From the NCBI GenBank assembly GCA_965655095.1, contig OZ296656.1:13144001-13208000 (forward strand): a DNA stretch of 64,000 nt, given 5' to 3'. The notes under the pieces are model-generated. The model was not told the DNA's origin. It ran no database searches and saw only the letters and a program-made list of their open reading frames with translations. This DNA is from Haplodiscus bocki. Taxonomy: Eukaryota. The number at the start of each line of letters is the position of its first letter. Position 1 is the first letter of the stretch. Both the position numbers and the translations under genes were made by a program. Shown here one piece after another: positions 48,151 through 62,433 of this stretch.

Positions 48151-51100
48151 CCCAAAACACACTATACAATGAATACAGTTCCACTGAGGGTCGGAAGTTT
48201 CGGAACCGCGTCAAATAACGATTGTTCGTTTGTTCACGAAATCGGACAAAACTCAAAACAATCAAACGGTTCGTATCGATAGTTTCTGTGAAATTATTGC
48301 CACCGAAAGTTATACTGGAACTGAAGATCAACGATTGAATTTGATTGGGGTAGAGAAAACTAATTTGGACCGACAACAATTCATGACTGAAAACGAAAAG
48401 ACGTCTTTGGTATAAGACTATTTTACGATAAAACCCGTCCTTTAACTTGAAATAAACTGTCGGCCGTTTTTGATTTTGTCGACAAAATATTCGATCTCAA
48501 CTAAAGACGCTGTGCAATTGGAGCTGAGACGCTGTGCAATTGGAGCTGGAAAAATTCAAACAGGTGTTTCTTTTGTTTTGCCTAAGAAACAACATCGAGA
48601 AGGTCTTAACCGTTTCTTAGATAATCTTGAAGGACAAAGCGTTAGAGGCTAGCCGCCTGAAGGTTGAGTAACACTTGACTAATAAGTTTTGCATTGGTTC
48701 AAAAACGATATCGCACATCCAGGAATATGGAACATGTTATCTTCCAAGTACGATGACGAAGCATTCATGATGAACCTTCCGACTGTAGAAAAATATGCTA
48801 TGTTGCTAACCAGTACGCCCGGCTTCAAAAGTCTTGAAAACATATGCAACAAAACAACTCAACCAGACAATGTTTGTCTGTATCAAACTCTCAAGAAAAT
48901 ATCAATACTTTGGAAACTCACCAACAAATACGTAAAAATATATTCCATCCAAATGCTTAAAAACTATAAGCACTGGTGCGACCCTGGGTGCAGCTAGCAC
49001 AGGCAATTTATGCCCTGCATGAACCTATAACTGAAAGACTTCAATGACTCCTTTATGCAGATTCTCAAAAACTTTTGAGACTGTACATTCTCTCTTGAAT
49101 AAACGCATGGAATCCATTCACGAAGAAACTGTACAAAATATTGACCACTCAGACACATTTGGAAGAGCATTCGTAATTTAAAGAACCACTTGGGATTTTT
49201 GGATTTATTGATCTCACTTCTGCAAATCTGGAATGTTCTGTTGGGCTAAAAAGCTTGATTGGTACTGGAGCTGGAACTTCACAAAAAAATGTTCTGCATG
49301 AAGAGAGCTAGAATGGAGTCAAATTCAATTAGATGAACAAAAAATCCGCAAAAACCGTTAACAAGAAACTGATTGTGATTTTGGACTGGCAAAATGAAAA
49401 TATGTTGGTACTGCTGGACATGAATTGAAAACCTAATCAATTGTGGTTGAATAGTTGTTCGAAGTAAAGTTCCTTGTCGTGCGGACTTCCAATTGCAAGC
49501 TTCTTGTCCGCCTTGGCATGTATCAACGATTGACGATCGTACGCAACTCATACCTTTCTAGTCCCGACTGTACGAGGAGACACTGAACTAGCTGATTTCT
49601 CACACACTGAACCCGTCACTTGCTAAAAATCGCATATTGCTGCCTGTGGGCTATTGGAAGTTACACAATTTCCAACAACTTTAGTTAACAACTTTAGCTG
49701 ATGAAAAGTTTCCGGAAGGATAATTCTGAGGTTGTTTTAGGATGAACGATTGCCACTATCGATAGTGACAGTTGTAGCTAAGTTTATGCCCCAGCACTGC
49801 CTGGAACATCCTGCAGCTCGAATTTGGACAGAACACGGCCTCATGTATCCTTGTTGCATATGAAGTCACTGGTCATTTTCTTAAAGCTAGTTACCAAGAA
49901 AAAAATGTTTGCCATAGAGTCTTTTCAAAACATTTTAAACGCGTTCTTCTACCTATTCTAATTTTTCTTTCGATGACGTTCTTAATTCAAGGGGATAGTT
50001 TTGCTACAGACGGTTTCAGACAGTAAATAAAACATGCCTTATTTGATATTGAGAAGCTGAAAAAAAACATAACCAGCAACTTTTTCGAGAATTAATGACT
50101 AACAATGTTTGTAAAATATGAACAAGAAACGCTGTCAAACTGCCATCTTCTCCGTTAAAGAGGCACTGAATATACTGACTGAACAGACAGCACAGCAGAA
50201 GATTTCAGAAAAGAACTCCTGTTTGAGAATAGAAGTTTGTAGATGTTGACCTTGATGACAGAATTCAATCTCTAGAGAATCTTGAATTTGGAAATCGACT
50301 GAGCAACAGTATTAAGTGGAATCCATTGCCTTCTTGGCGCATCACAATTCAAATTTAAGGGAAAAATTCAGAAACCGTTCAGCTTAACAGTCGTTTGTGA
50401 GTGTAATACTGTATTTTCAGCACTTGAGGAAAAAGTTCAAAGCCGTCGTTTTCAAGAACAATGATTGGGAAAATTGAAATATGTCTCTACTACTAGCATT
50501 TTTGACTAATTTGGTCTATCTGTCTTCCTGTTCAAAGAAAGGAATCAAATTGTGTACCTTTGAAAACAAATAGTAAGGCCTAAAAAAGGCTACGGACTGA
50601 CACCTCGATGGAATAGTGAACTAGTCCTGATTGAGGAAGTAAGAGTTTAAATTGGGAGATTTGTTCAGACCTTCAACACTTCCTGGAATCTCCTGATCTT
50701 CCAGATTCCACTCCAAGGAATTATATCAATTTTTTTTCGAAATTTCCAAGGGAAGTAGAAACCTTTAGATTGAAGTTTTGAAAGAAAGAATGGAGTCAAA
50801 GATAATAGAAAAACAGGCTCTAAAAGCTACAAGGTCCATAATTGGTTCAATTTCAGCATAATTGGACGGTCAACATTCCAATGCAAGCAACGGATTTGAC
50901 CGTTTTTCAAACCACTGTGCATTCATGAGCAGATACTTTTCGCTTGAGACCTTGGTGGACGAAACCAAATATGTAGTTAAGGCGAAATTGAGTTTAAAAA
51001 TCGACACAAAGCAACAACAATTTGATTATAAGGAATCTGATAGAGACATCAAAACAAATGATTGTACAAAAAACGCCCTCCTGCAGTTACAAATATTTCG

Positions 51101-52779
51101 ATTGACACGTTGTTAGAAGAAATCAAGTATGTGGTTACCGAGGATAAAACTTTAAAAATCAAGACGAAACGTTATGAAAAACACAGTTTCGATCAATCGA
51201 ACCAGCAAGATTCTGATGCAAAGAAGCTGATGCACATTCTTTTCTGTAAATTGAGTAGCGAACTAAAAAAAACAATGCTTTTGATTAAAACCATGTGGAA
51301 AGAAACAAAGCATGTCGTTTTGGGAAGATGTTACTTCGAAAAACAAGTGAAATCAAAATTATTGGAGGTTTTCGAGACTGCCGACTATCAGGAGTTTGAA
51401 GCAGCAACCAATTCATTTGTTCCTCTGAATGCTGCGCTAGAATTTTCACTCCTCCCACTGAGACGTTGATGGAAGAAACCATGTCTCTAGTTGAAGAACA
51501 TAGAAACTCTGGAAAAAAATCGACAATCATGTTTTGGATGCGAGACAAAAGTTTACAATTCTCCCAACGAAGAATTTACTACGAGCAGAAACTTATTGAA
51601 TGACATTGTCTTGGAAAAAACGAAAACAAATGAAGCCCGTGTTTTTGGTCGAGTTTTAATTTGAATATTGAGATTTTACAATTTAACACAACCTTATGCA
51701 ATTTTAGCTTTATCAGGAGTTTGTTGCTAGGAACCAAAACAGTAAATTTGCTAGGAACGAAAACAGTAAACAGTAGTTCCAAGCTTCTAATTGAAAACTT
51801 TATAGATAAAATCATTTTTGCAGTTAGAGGGGAAGAGAGTTTGAGAGTGAGATAAATCGTTTTAATTAGCAACTTTTGCAGATTTTGTACTATCAGGCTT
51901 CTGATGCCAGGAGCAAAATCAAAGAAAAATCACTATGAAACCCATACATTTACAAATTTTTGGGTTGAAATATTGATGGAAAGAATGAATCCTGTTGTTA
52001 TGGGGAAAGAAAGTTTGAATCTACTTTAAAATCAAAATTTATAGGAGACTATGGAAAATTTGGACACTTAGGATTTTGATGCAAAAAGCAAAAATGATAC
52101 ATTTTTCATCGAACTCTTCACCACAAAAGGAAAGTTTTTACAGACGACAAAGACTATAACCAAATATTTTTGCAGAAGTGTGAGTTCCAAGAACAAGGAA
52201 AATGAATGCTGATCCGGTTTTTGGAATTTTTTAATATTGAGATCACAAAACGATACACTGCAAAAAATAAATCCCAAGAGCTTGTGTTTATTATGGCCCT
52301 AGAATGAAAAAGGTAGTGGAAAAAATTGAAACGAAAAACCTGAAAAAAGTTCAATTGTTCACATTTATGTTTGATTTTTTTTCGGTCTTTCAAGAAAATC
52401 AAAGAAAAATCCCACTTTCCATAAAATTAATCGGAGAGCGCATTTTGTATTTTTAGTTTGAAAAACCGTAATTGCTTGCGGAAACAGAGCCCACGTATCA
52501 TAAAACCTCAACTTCTTTCAAAAGAAAATAGAAAAAACACTAAGTTTTGCTGTTACAAAATAAGAATATGATAACGAGTATCTCAGGAAAAAAACGATGG
52601 GCCACATTAGGATAAAAACCTGCATTTTGAGGCTTCCATTACAACGGCGCCATCGCAGTTTTTTATTATGCCAGCCGCCAACGAATCTATAGACGAATAA
52701 GCGCAATTTGGACAATTTTGGGAAAAAACTCCGACTACTGAAAAGACTGTTTTCTTTTCGAAAGTTTTTTTTGGTTGTA

Positions 52780-53286
52780 TGTATTATTCTAACGAATATT
52801 CTAAGACTAGCTATATTCTAATTGGAGAAGCATGATCTCAATTTAGTTCAATTTTTTTTCATCAAACCTAGGAGCTACTAGATTTTTTGATGTACCTTTT
52901 CTTGACAACGAACCCTCTCCTAACCGGAAATATTAAGATCCGGAAACATAAACAACTAATAAATCAGTGGGCAAGAAATAAATATCTAAAAATAGCATGG
53001 AATTTAAATGCAAAGGAGAGATAGTGAAGATGAACTTATATTGAACTCTACTTTCCGCATGATGACAAAAATAATACTGGATAATTTATGAAGCTGTAAA
53101 TAAGACATTTAAGGAGAGAGAGCAGATTTTGGGATTGCTACTGACTAGGTCCCTATTTTCCTGAAAAAAATCTTCAATCAAGATAAAGAATATTCTCCTC
53201 ACGTCACGCGCTGAAGAAAACCACTAAAGAATGAATTGTAGTCTTTAGGCTAGAAGGGGAAGGATATCAAAGATCTATATCTTACA
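52780..53286 (+). repeat. 5' LTR (507 bp, TG...CA)
   Basis: Matches 63807-64000; ends ..cttaCA immediately before TGG of the PBS. Confidence 0.9.
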
Positions 53287-53304
53287 TGGTGACAAGGAGG
53301 AAGT
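53287..53304 (+). promoter_or_regulatory. Primer binding site
   Basis: TGGTGACAAGGAGG directly after LTR; primer tRNA not identified. Confidence 0.7.
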
Positions 53305-53328
53305 GCGGAATAAAACTATTCGAAACCA

Positions 53329-54480
53329 ATGGCAGCAGCAAACCCACAACCACATATTACTCTCAACCCATTCCGCGGAAAAGCAGATGAAAAATTGGCC
53401 GGATTTCGAAAGTCTTGTCAAAAGTCTCGTCAATGTTGGCATTATCCCAAACGCCAACCAACCCCAGTTTCTTCGACTTCACTTACCAGATCAAACCCTG
53501 CAGTTCTTCAGGACTTTGCCACAAGCCATCAGAGATGACTTTGATGCAGCAATAACGGCACTGAGAAATCATTACTGCAACCCAAACCTCCGAGAACACA
53601 CAAACTACAGCTTCACAACTTAAAATTTGACCACAAGCATGGTAGTCCAGGAGACTTTTTGGTAAAAGTGCAGATAAAAGCAACACAAGCTTAGCCAGAT
53701 CCAGTGTTACAACCAATTCCGCCAGCTAACCCATCGAATGAACAAGCAGAAACTGACAGAGTCCAGAACGCACGAGATGCCAACCAAGCAGTACTAGACA
53801 ATGCAGTTAATGAGCGAAACAGGAGAATCAAGGAAATCTTCACGAACGCCATGCCAAACTTTATCAAAAGAAAACTACTGTACCAAAATGAGGCAGCAAC
53901 AGTGCAAGACCTTTGTGCAGTTGCAAGACGCCAAATGGTGTTCTTCGAACTTTGACAAAGTGACAAATGGACGAGAGATGCCTTCAATGAGGTTAGTTCA
54001 ACACTTTCAAAAAACTTAGTAGGGGCCTTAACAAAACTTACACAGCAACAAGATGAACTGGAAGAACAACAAACAGGCTTATCTAATAGAATCAACTCTC
54101 TGAACCTCCCAAGCCACCAAGATTCCAACATTAGTAACAATGGTTTCATCCCCTCACAACGCGGCAATTACAGATTCAACAATCAACGAGGGTTCAGAGG
54201 ACGGGGATATGCCAACAACAGAGGACGAGGGCGCTTCAAAAAAAAAACAGGTTTCTTCAATGGTAATCAAAAGCGTACGGACTACAGCTCCTATTCCAAC
54301 TATAACTCACCTCAAATTCAGGAACCCACCAAATAAGAGCTTATAGCGGAAACTGCATATTCCAAACAGGTATGTTACATTTGTGGTTACCCAAACCACT
54401 ATGCAAAAGATTGTAACAAACGGAGACCAGCGAACAGAAACCATTAAATACCATACCAAAGCGCACCAAAAAACGAGTGA
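53329..54480 (+). pseudogene. gag (capsid + CCHC nucleocapsid)
   Basis: MAAANPQP..PFRG..FLRLHL..LQFFRTLP; RG-rich segment; CYICGYPNHYAKDC at ~54373-54414; ends PKNE*. Confidence 0.88.
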
Positions 54481-57400
54481 TGCCACACCAGTGTGAAAAA
54501 CGACGGAAGACGACGGATGAACAAAATGAAATAACAGCATGCATTTCTCTTGAAGGTGATGTCCTATCTTATGTTCCACTGAAGTTCCCTAACAACCAAC
54601 AAAGGAAAGCACTAATAGATACTGGTGCCTGTGCAAATGCGATCAATAAAAAAGACTACGAGGACCTGAAATCATCTTTTGGAGCAACAGTCAGTATCTC
54701 AAAACCTTCTGAGGTCAGTAAAGTTAAATTAGCTTCGGAACAACTTCTACCCGTGCGTGGCCAAATGGAAGTCAAATTTTCAATAGCAGAAAATTATTTC
54801 AAAGAACAGTTCCTAGTACTTCCACACACAAACAGTATCATTTTAGGAAATCCATTTTTCAAAAACAACTCTACTGAACCTTACCCCAGAGAGAATCTGA
54901 TGAAATTACCCAACTTAACGCTGCGCAGTGGAACGAAACATCAACACAGACTGATAAATCGCGAAAACCCCAATACACTGTTAGAACAATGGAAAAATGC
55001 GGTACTGCCCCCAACCAACGAGCTACATTAAAATGCAACCTTTCAATGAAAAGCGAACGATTTGCTGATGTATGTGGTATTGCAGAACCAAAAATGAGCT
55101 TTGAAGAAAAAACAGGACTGTGCATCACTTCTTCATTATCACGAACTGACTCGGATGGAAACTTGTACTTATCTGCCTTAAACCTTCAAACCATTGAGAT
55201 CACTATTTCCCGAAATTCGGACAATGCACTTTTCAATTTTCTCTCACCCCAACAAGCAGAAACATTAACCCCGATAGAGCCACAACTACTATCAATGGCC
55301 AAATTCAAAAATCCAGACGACTTTGAGAATGAAATCAACCAGCTGATAATTGACGAAGAGTTTAATGCAGATTCTCAACCACCTCGACCAAAACCCGACT
55401 ATAAAAGATTCTGGTTCCCAACGCCAGAAACATGCAAGAACCCCACAGCACTGAAAGGTGTTGAGAAGAGAATCTAGAATGAACTAGAGAAGCTAAGGGA
55501 ATTAGACAGTATAGACCCACACATTATTGATGGATACCGTAAACAGTTTCTACAGAGATTCAATTAGAACAAATCTTTACTTAAAGTGGATGAAAAACAG
55601 CAAGTTCAAGACTTCTTGATAGAAGTTTCGGATAATTTTGCTAAACAGAGATTTGATGTTGGATATATTTCCGAGATTTCAATGAAGCTAACACCAGAAA
55701 ATGACCAACCGGTCTACACCTATAGCCCATCAACGCCGATTCACTTACGTGAAGAACTACAAGTAGAGCTTGCCCTTCTACAATTTTTTGGAATCATTAC
55801 AAGCCTCAAATATCCAAAATACAGAAGCCCAATCTTTGCACACCGCAAACCAACTGGAGAACTCAGAATTCTAGTGGACCTACGCCGAATCAACCACCTT
55901 CTCCTACATGAATATCATAACAATAAGTTCCCGATTTCTACAATGGCAGACGCAACAGCACATTTTGCTGGAAAATCAACCTTTTGTAAATTAGATTGCT
56001 CTCAAGCTTAAAATTGTGTACAAATGGCAATTAGATTGCTCTCAAGCTTAAAATTGTGTACAAATGGCTGACCCGCTTTCGGTACAACTACTTGCTTTCA
56101 ATTTTGCTTCCCGAACTGTGGCTTACCAAAGACTAGCGAAAGGTCTGAACAGATCAGTCACAGGCTTCAGTGCTTTTGTGAGAAACTACTTAGAGCCATG
56201 TCTCTCAGCAAAGGTTTGTACACAGTTCATGGATAATATTGGATGTGGAGCGGAATCATTTGAACAAGTCATACCCAATTTACGACTCATCCTCAAATGC
56301 TTATGCAGACCAGGACTCAAACTATTGCCAGAAAAATGTGTTTTTGGATCAGAAAAAGTTAGTTTCCTTGGATATGTCATAACTACAGAGGGCTTACGAC
56401 CTGAAAAAGACAAAATCGAAAAATTTCTGAGAAACCTTGAAACACTAAAATCAGTGAAAAAAGTAAAACGATTAATAGGTTTCCTACAATTCTTTCGAAG
56501 CTTCATCCCGAACCTGAACGAACACCTCATACCTTTCTACAAACTTTTGCGCGAAAATGTCTCGTTTGAAATAACAGATGAAATCAAGAATGCATTTGAA
56601 GTACTACAAGAAAAACTCCAAATCACCGCAACACAAACTCTTCGACTCGCCAAACCGGGACTGCAATACGCCATTCTTTGTGACGCTATTTACCACTCCA
56701 GCGGATTTGTACTAATGATCGAAGACTACATCAACAACAACCAAGGAGAAACTGTTAAGTCTTATGCTCCCGTCTCTTTCGGATCTAAAGTTTTCAATAC
56801 AGCGCAACTAAAGATGTCAATATATGGCTAGGAATTCTTATCTCTTTACTTTGCTGTGGAAACGTTTTCTCATTTTATATGGGGAAGTGAAAAACCAGTA
56901 CTCATACTGACTGACAACAAAAGTTTGACCAGATTCGTCCAAGCCAAAACCAGTCCCCATCACTTCGGAATTATGTGGATATAGTTACAGCATTTAACAT
57001 TGTGGTAACTCACATTCCAGGAAAAACCAATGCTGCAGCAGATTTCCTATCTCGTTTGCAATCAAACCCGAATGAAACAATTGAATTGAAACTTACGGAC
57101 AGGATCCCAATCAAAGAAATTGAAATAGATGTACGAGCAAAGCTACCAGACAAAACAATCAATGAGCTCTTTGCAGAAAAGTTACCTGTTGACCAACTCC
57201 ACGTAGTCGACATAAACACACTGATAACCCTCAAACAATCCCGACACTATGCTCAGGCGGAAGTTAACCAACTAACAAGTTTGATATCAGATAGAGAACT
57301 ATAATTGACGAAACACAACAGGAAAATAACAAAGGAACGCCACCCAACACACAAACCCGATGGACGACTACCCCGAATTGGAAACAACAATTACTAACCT

Positions 57401-58760
57401 GAATCAGGAACAAATTCAGATTCAGTGATAGCAAAAGTGCTCAAATGGATGGAAACCGACTCCGCACCCACAGCCAACATTTACTCTATAGGAGAAGAAC
57501 AAAAGTTCCTCAAGCAGTTACAAAGATTATCAACAGAGAATGGAACACTCTACAGGCGATACTTTGCACACGACGGCAAAATGTACAATCAATTGTGAGT
57601 GCCGAAAACAATGTTGAGAGAAGTCATGTACAGAATACACAACGCCTCAACTGGAGGTCACTTGGCAATAACGAGAACCATCGAGGAATTAAAAAAATGC
57701 TTCTATTGCCCAAACTATGTGGAATTAGTAGCAGATTACATCAAAAATTGTTCCACATGCCTCCAAATGAAGCAAGCACAACCCTCACTACTTAGACCAC
57801 CACTGCAAGAAGTTTTTACATTGAAATCGTTTCCAGGAGAACTAATGCAGATAGACATTCTGGGACCACTTCCATCGTCACCGTACAAGTACGGTCTGAC
57901 AGCTAATGATGTTTTCACTAAATACCTATTTGCAACGCCGCTGACTAAAATAAATCCAATCTCAGTGGCAAGAGCCTTAGTTTCCAATATGTTCCAACAC
58001 AGTTACATACCACAGGAATTACCCTCAGACTTAGGCACACAGTTTGTGTCTGAACTTTTCCAAGAACTCACCCGAATACTCGAAATCAAAATATCTCATG
58101 CATCATTGAAACACCCACAAACAATAGGTGTCGTGGAAAGAGCACCTGCAGCACTAACGCGAATTCTGAAACTAAATAGCAACCAGACCTTCACAAATTG
58201 GTGCAAACATTTACACTTGGCAACATTCATCCATAACACATCTTACCATACCTCAATTGGATGCGCATCAACGGTGATCCTCCATGGCAGAGACCCGGTG
58301 AAGCCTTTGGATATTCGTTTCTACAGCAACTGTATCCAGAAACCAGCATTCAACTATGACTTTGGAATCACTGAGAGATAAAATGTTGAAGAAATTCCAG
58401 AATACAAAGGAAAGTCTCGAGAAATCTTTTCAACAGATACAGGAGGTATTACGACCAAAAGGCAAGGGCAAATCCCCTTACAGAACACAAATATTGCTTA
58501 TTGCTGAGCCCCCGACTCACAGAACAATCAGTTTTCAGCCCGACAGTTATTCAAAAATGGCTTGCTCTGTATAGAGTGGAGAGCATTTTAACCGACTCTA
58601 ACTATCTCATCAGAAAAACTGGAACGATTTAAACACAAATTGACCACCGAATTAGACTACGTCCAATCAAGCCTCAATATCAGGTAACAGACATAGAGGA
58701 CATCAACTCTGAAAATTTTCAGACACACCCAACACTGGGATGTTACAGAGGCGATCAAGA
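54477..58760 (+). pseudogene. pol (protease, RT, RNase H, integrase)
   Basis: ALIDTGA; SPIF..LRILVDLRRIN, KLDCSQA, QFMDNI; AILCDA, LTDNKSL, HIPGKTNAAADFLSR; HNASTGGH..CSTC, IDILGP, SDLGTQF, VVER. Confidence 0.94.
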
Positions 58761-59340
58761 CTTCTTTGACAACAGTCTACCTTCTCTCTTGGATAATGAC
58801 CAAGTGGCGCCGGAAAAGAAAACTGCAAATTTGGACGGCCCCGTTCGAGTCTCAATTTCTTTTGGAGTGCAACCTCAACAACCACTGCCAGCAAAAATAG
58901 TCAATCAACCCGACACCGCAGCTGTGACAGCAGAACGGTTAATAATTCACCAAGCTCCTGGAGCTGAACAACCTAAAAGAATACTTACACCACCATCGTA
59001 CCTCACAGCTCAGTTGCCGGACTCTTCAGAAGAATCTGATGAATATGTGGAAAACAATACATCACCGGGGCGCTCAAGAAGGAAACAAGAACAACAGACC
59101 AAATGGTTAGGTGAACGTGTTCTTGAAGTGGCAGGACAACAACTACAACAAACCCGCAGCAGTAAACGCACAATGCAAGGACAATCGAAACAAGCCAGAC
59201 ACATTGTGAATTTTCTCAAAAACCGTCGACAGCAACGCCAGCAAATGCAGTTTGTACAAAGACTAGGCGCAACCCAAGAAGGAACGACTTCGAAGAAAAG
59301 TAGAACTGACTTGAACGAAATACAAGCACCTAAGAAAACC

Positions 59341-59770
59341 TCACAAGTGACAACGGTAGAAGAAGAACTTTTTGGAACTTCATTTGGCATGGTACATTGT
59401 GTTTCTTCCGACTTTTTCATGGGAGCAGGTTTTGCTAAGCGATTTGACCGACTCTATCCATAATGAAAACAGAAGCCTGCAAAAAACTAACACCAGGATC
59501 AGTGTTATCATTTTACGACTTTTATTCACAAAGACGGATATACAATTTGGTATCGAAACTAAAATACTTCCACAAACCCTTCTATGATGCATTGAAGAGC
59601 ACCCTTTTCTTGATGCGCAATCAAGCTGAGGCTCATCGCGTGAAAAACATTCGACTACCAGAACTTGGATGTGGCCTATACAAACTTTAATCACCAATAG
59701 TGCACAAAATTCTACACGAAATTTTCCATCAGACAACTGTATGTATAACATTTTGTATTAGAAACGATAA
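59341..59770 (+). pseudogene. TARG1/OARD1 (DarG-related) macrodomain, one frameshift and one stop
   Basis: ELF..MVHCVSSDFFMGAGFAKRF..IYNLVSK.KYFHKPFY..L..MR..IRLPELGCGL, colinear with TARG1 (AHCISEDCRMGAGIA..IYYLITK..HKPTY..MPRIGCGLD). Confidence 0.88.
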
Positions 59771-62148
59771 GGTATTGAAACGGAACGGCTAAACAGACAC
59801 TGAACCGAAAAAGATTGGCAAAGAGACAGAAAAAGTCCCAAGATAAAAAAATTCCCAAATTCTTGAACACCACAAAAAATACAAGAACTGACGACAAAAA
59901 AACCCCGGAGAACCCGCGGAATGGAAAATTTCTGTATGTAAGGCTCAGGGACAGGTTTTTACCCAGCTACATTGCAACAAAGGAACCAGTTTTGCAATGA
60001 AGTCCAAAAACACCTCAAAAACCATGCTAGTCATCAACGAACGCGCACTTCGACTGAGAGACCGAAAAGCTTTAGTGCAGTCCTATAAACCTCAGCATCA
60101 AGCACAGAGAATGCCGGTTACAGTAGGATACTAGGCCTAAACTATTCGGTACAAAACCACTATATTTATGGAAAAACTTCACCATAAAAATGTTCACCCT
60201 ATAAAAACGGCTGAACGCGGACTTCGTCTGCCTAAGATTAGTGAGTGAGGCCAAGACATCATACCTTCTCGAACGCCTAAACCAAAGCTTGTTTCAATGG
60301 GATATAAGGCATCTCGGCGTATGCAAAGAAATTTTTTAAGAAATATAACGAAAAACAGAGCCCCCTAACCATCATTTAGAACAAATATTAAACTAACCGA
60401 GGTATTTGCGAACGGTCCGATGTTTTCGAGAACCAAACTTCTTTCTTGTGACGCCGCTCCGTTTTCCACGTAATCCTTGATAGATACGCTCTTTGCTCCC
60501 CCGAGTCACATTCCAGCACTTGATCTCCAATCTTGCAGCAACAGCAGGAGAGTGACGAAGGTTGTGAGATAATAACACATTCCAATTTTCATTTGGACCC
60601 ACAGATAAAACTAGATGGGCAGTACGAGCAAGTAAACAAGCAGTGTCTCCGACCTCTTGCACACAATATGTTAGACCCCGAAATTGCTTTTAAATAACTC
60701 CCTCAATAAAATACTCAAAATTGCTGGCCTCTCTTACACTTGGTAACTACGCCGCCTCCCTGGACCATTTGGAAGCAAAAACCCAGATTTTCCGACCCCG
60801 TAAAAGCATGGTAATAACTTCTGTCGAAGGATCATCATCTCTGTGCCACCCAGTAACACAAAAACCCGTTGATACCAGGAGAATAGGGTCATGAACTCAA
60901 CTCACGGGTAGTATAGCACTGTTAAGCCATAAGTCATATCTTTGCGAATTTTCAATACGCGGCACTAGTGCAGTCAAAACCCTTGTTTCGGGAAATGCAC
61001 ATAAATTAGGTTTAGCTTCGCCCCAATTTTTGAAGTAACGTAATAATTGAGGAATATTAATGCAATTTAGAGCTAACGCTTGATGTTTCACTGACTTGTA
61101 AGAACAACTGACTCCCTTCACAATACAGGGACTGTCACACTTGGCAGCCTCCTCCACGGACGTTGGCTCCAAAGCACTGAAGTTGTCCGAGCACAAACTG
61201 AGAAGTAGATTATACTTTTCCTTTCTAAACTCTCAAAAGTAGCAACATTGCGTTACATGCCCATGATTTGGAAGAAACAGACACACAGAGGAATACACCT
61301 TCATACTCATATTTTTAAGCATGCTCAGTAACCAAGTGAGTGAAATTAAATTCCAATTGCAAATTTTTCTCTTGCAAAAACATAAAGGAAGATACACATT
61401 CAATTTGCAAATCACTTCCAATCAACTAACACAACGCCTACACCTAAACGGTAGTAATCTAACTAGAGTATCAAACTGAACTAAGCAATGACAGTGCTTA
61501 AACTGCAAATAAAGCTCTTAGTCTGCAATGACTGTCCCTCATGCTGTCTGTTCTTTCTTCCGTCCAACCAAAAAAAAACAACAGAACGCAGAAGAACAAC
61601 AGGAACGAAACCCCCAGAAGGACATACTTCCCCACTTCCGGTTCATAACCAGTAGCTAGAAGACTGCCATAACTTAAACCCGGACATTGCTCAGCACGAT
61701 GAGGAGAAAAACTCTCCCTTCGGTAGCCCTGCCAAACGGTTGTTCCATCATCGCAACATTTCAGGATGGCGTCGGCAAACAAAGTAACAAATGAACATTC
61801 CATTCTCTGAAAAACAATAGCATAACTCAGAAATATGTAAAAAAACAGCAGGTCGCCAAAGCCCAAAAACAACTGGTCACTTTACAATAGGCGACAAAAA
61901 GCTCATTACCTCAGCGAAAAAAATAAATTAGGCCTTTTTCCAGTTAAACGACAAAGTTTAAAAAAGGTTTTCAATGAGAAAACAGCCAAAAAAAATTTCA
62001 GAGGACACCTAAGACGTCGCCGACATCAATATCCGCCGGAAAAACAACTACCAACTAAGTTACTTCTAGCGATTCGCCCGTAAAAACGACACTTCTACAA
62101 TTTTTTACCCAGCGTGCGAACCGACGAAAAAGCAAAAAAACACAACAA

Positions 62149-62433
62149 ATGGACGAATTTGACGTTAAATTACAGTGGGATCAACCTGGAAAAGATACCC
62201 TGCTTACGATACACCGAATTCAATGGCAAAAATGCTCCGGTTGTGCACCTCTGAGACTTTTAATCAGCGAACCTAACATGAACAATGGCCAAAAAGCGAT
62301 CTTTGATATTTCCACAACAAACAAGAAATTCGTTAACCTCTACAAATTGCTACGTCTGTATTTATCTACTCATCTGACTGAACTGGATGCCTTAGTTCAA
62401 TTCATGAGAAATCAAATTATTGAAAAAGCCTAG
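62149..62433 (+). CDS. Accessory hypothetical protein within the Gypsy element
   Basis: Clean ATG-to-stop 94-aa ORF, sense to the element; contains CSGC; no recognised family. Confidence 0.4.
   Translation: MDEFDVKLQWDQPGKDTLLTIHRIQWQKCSGCAPLRLLISEPNMNNGQKAIFDISTTNKKFVNLYKLLRLYLSTHLTELDALVQFMRNQIIEKA

Noticed and set aside
47958-48379. ORFs with ISTAAIST / FNRCNFNR repeats (also 46224-46520)
   Set aside because: Translations of the MULE TIR subrepeats.
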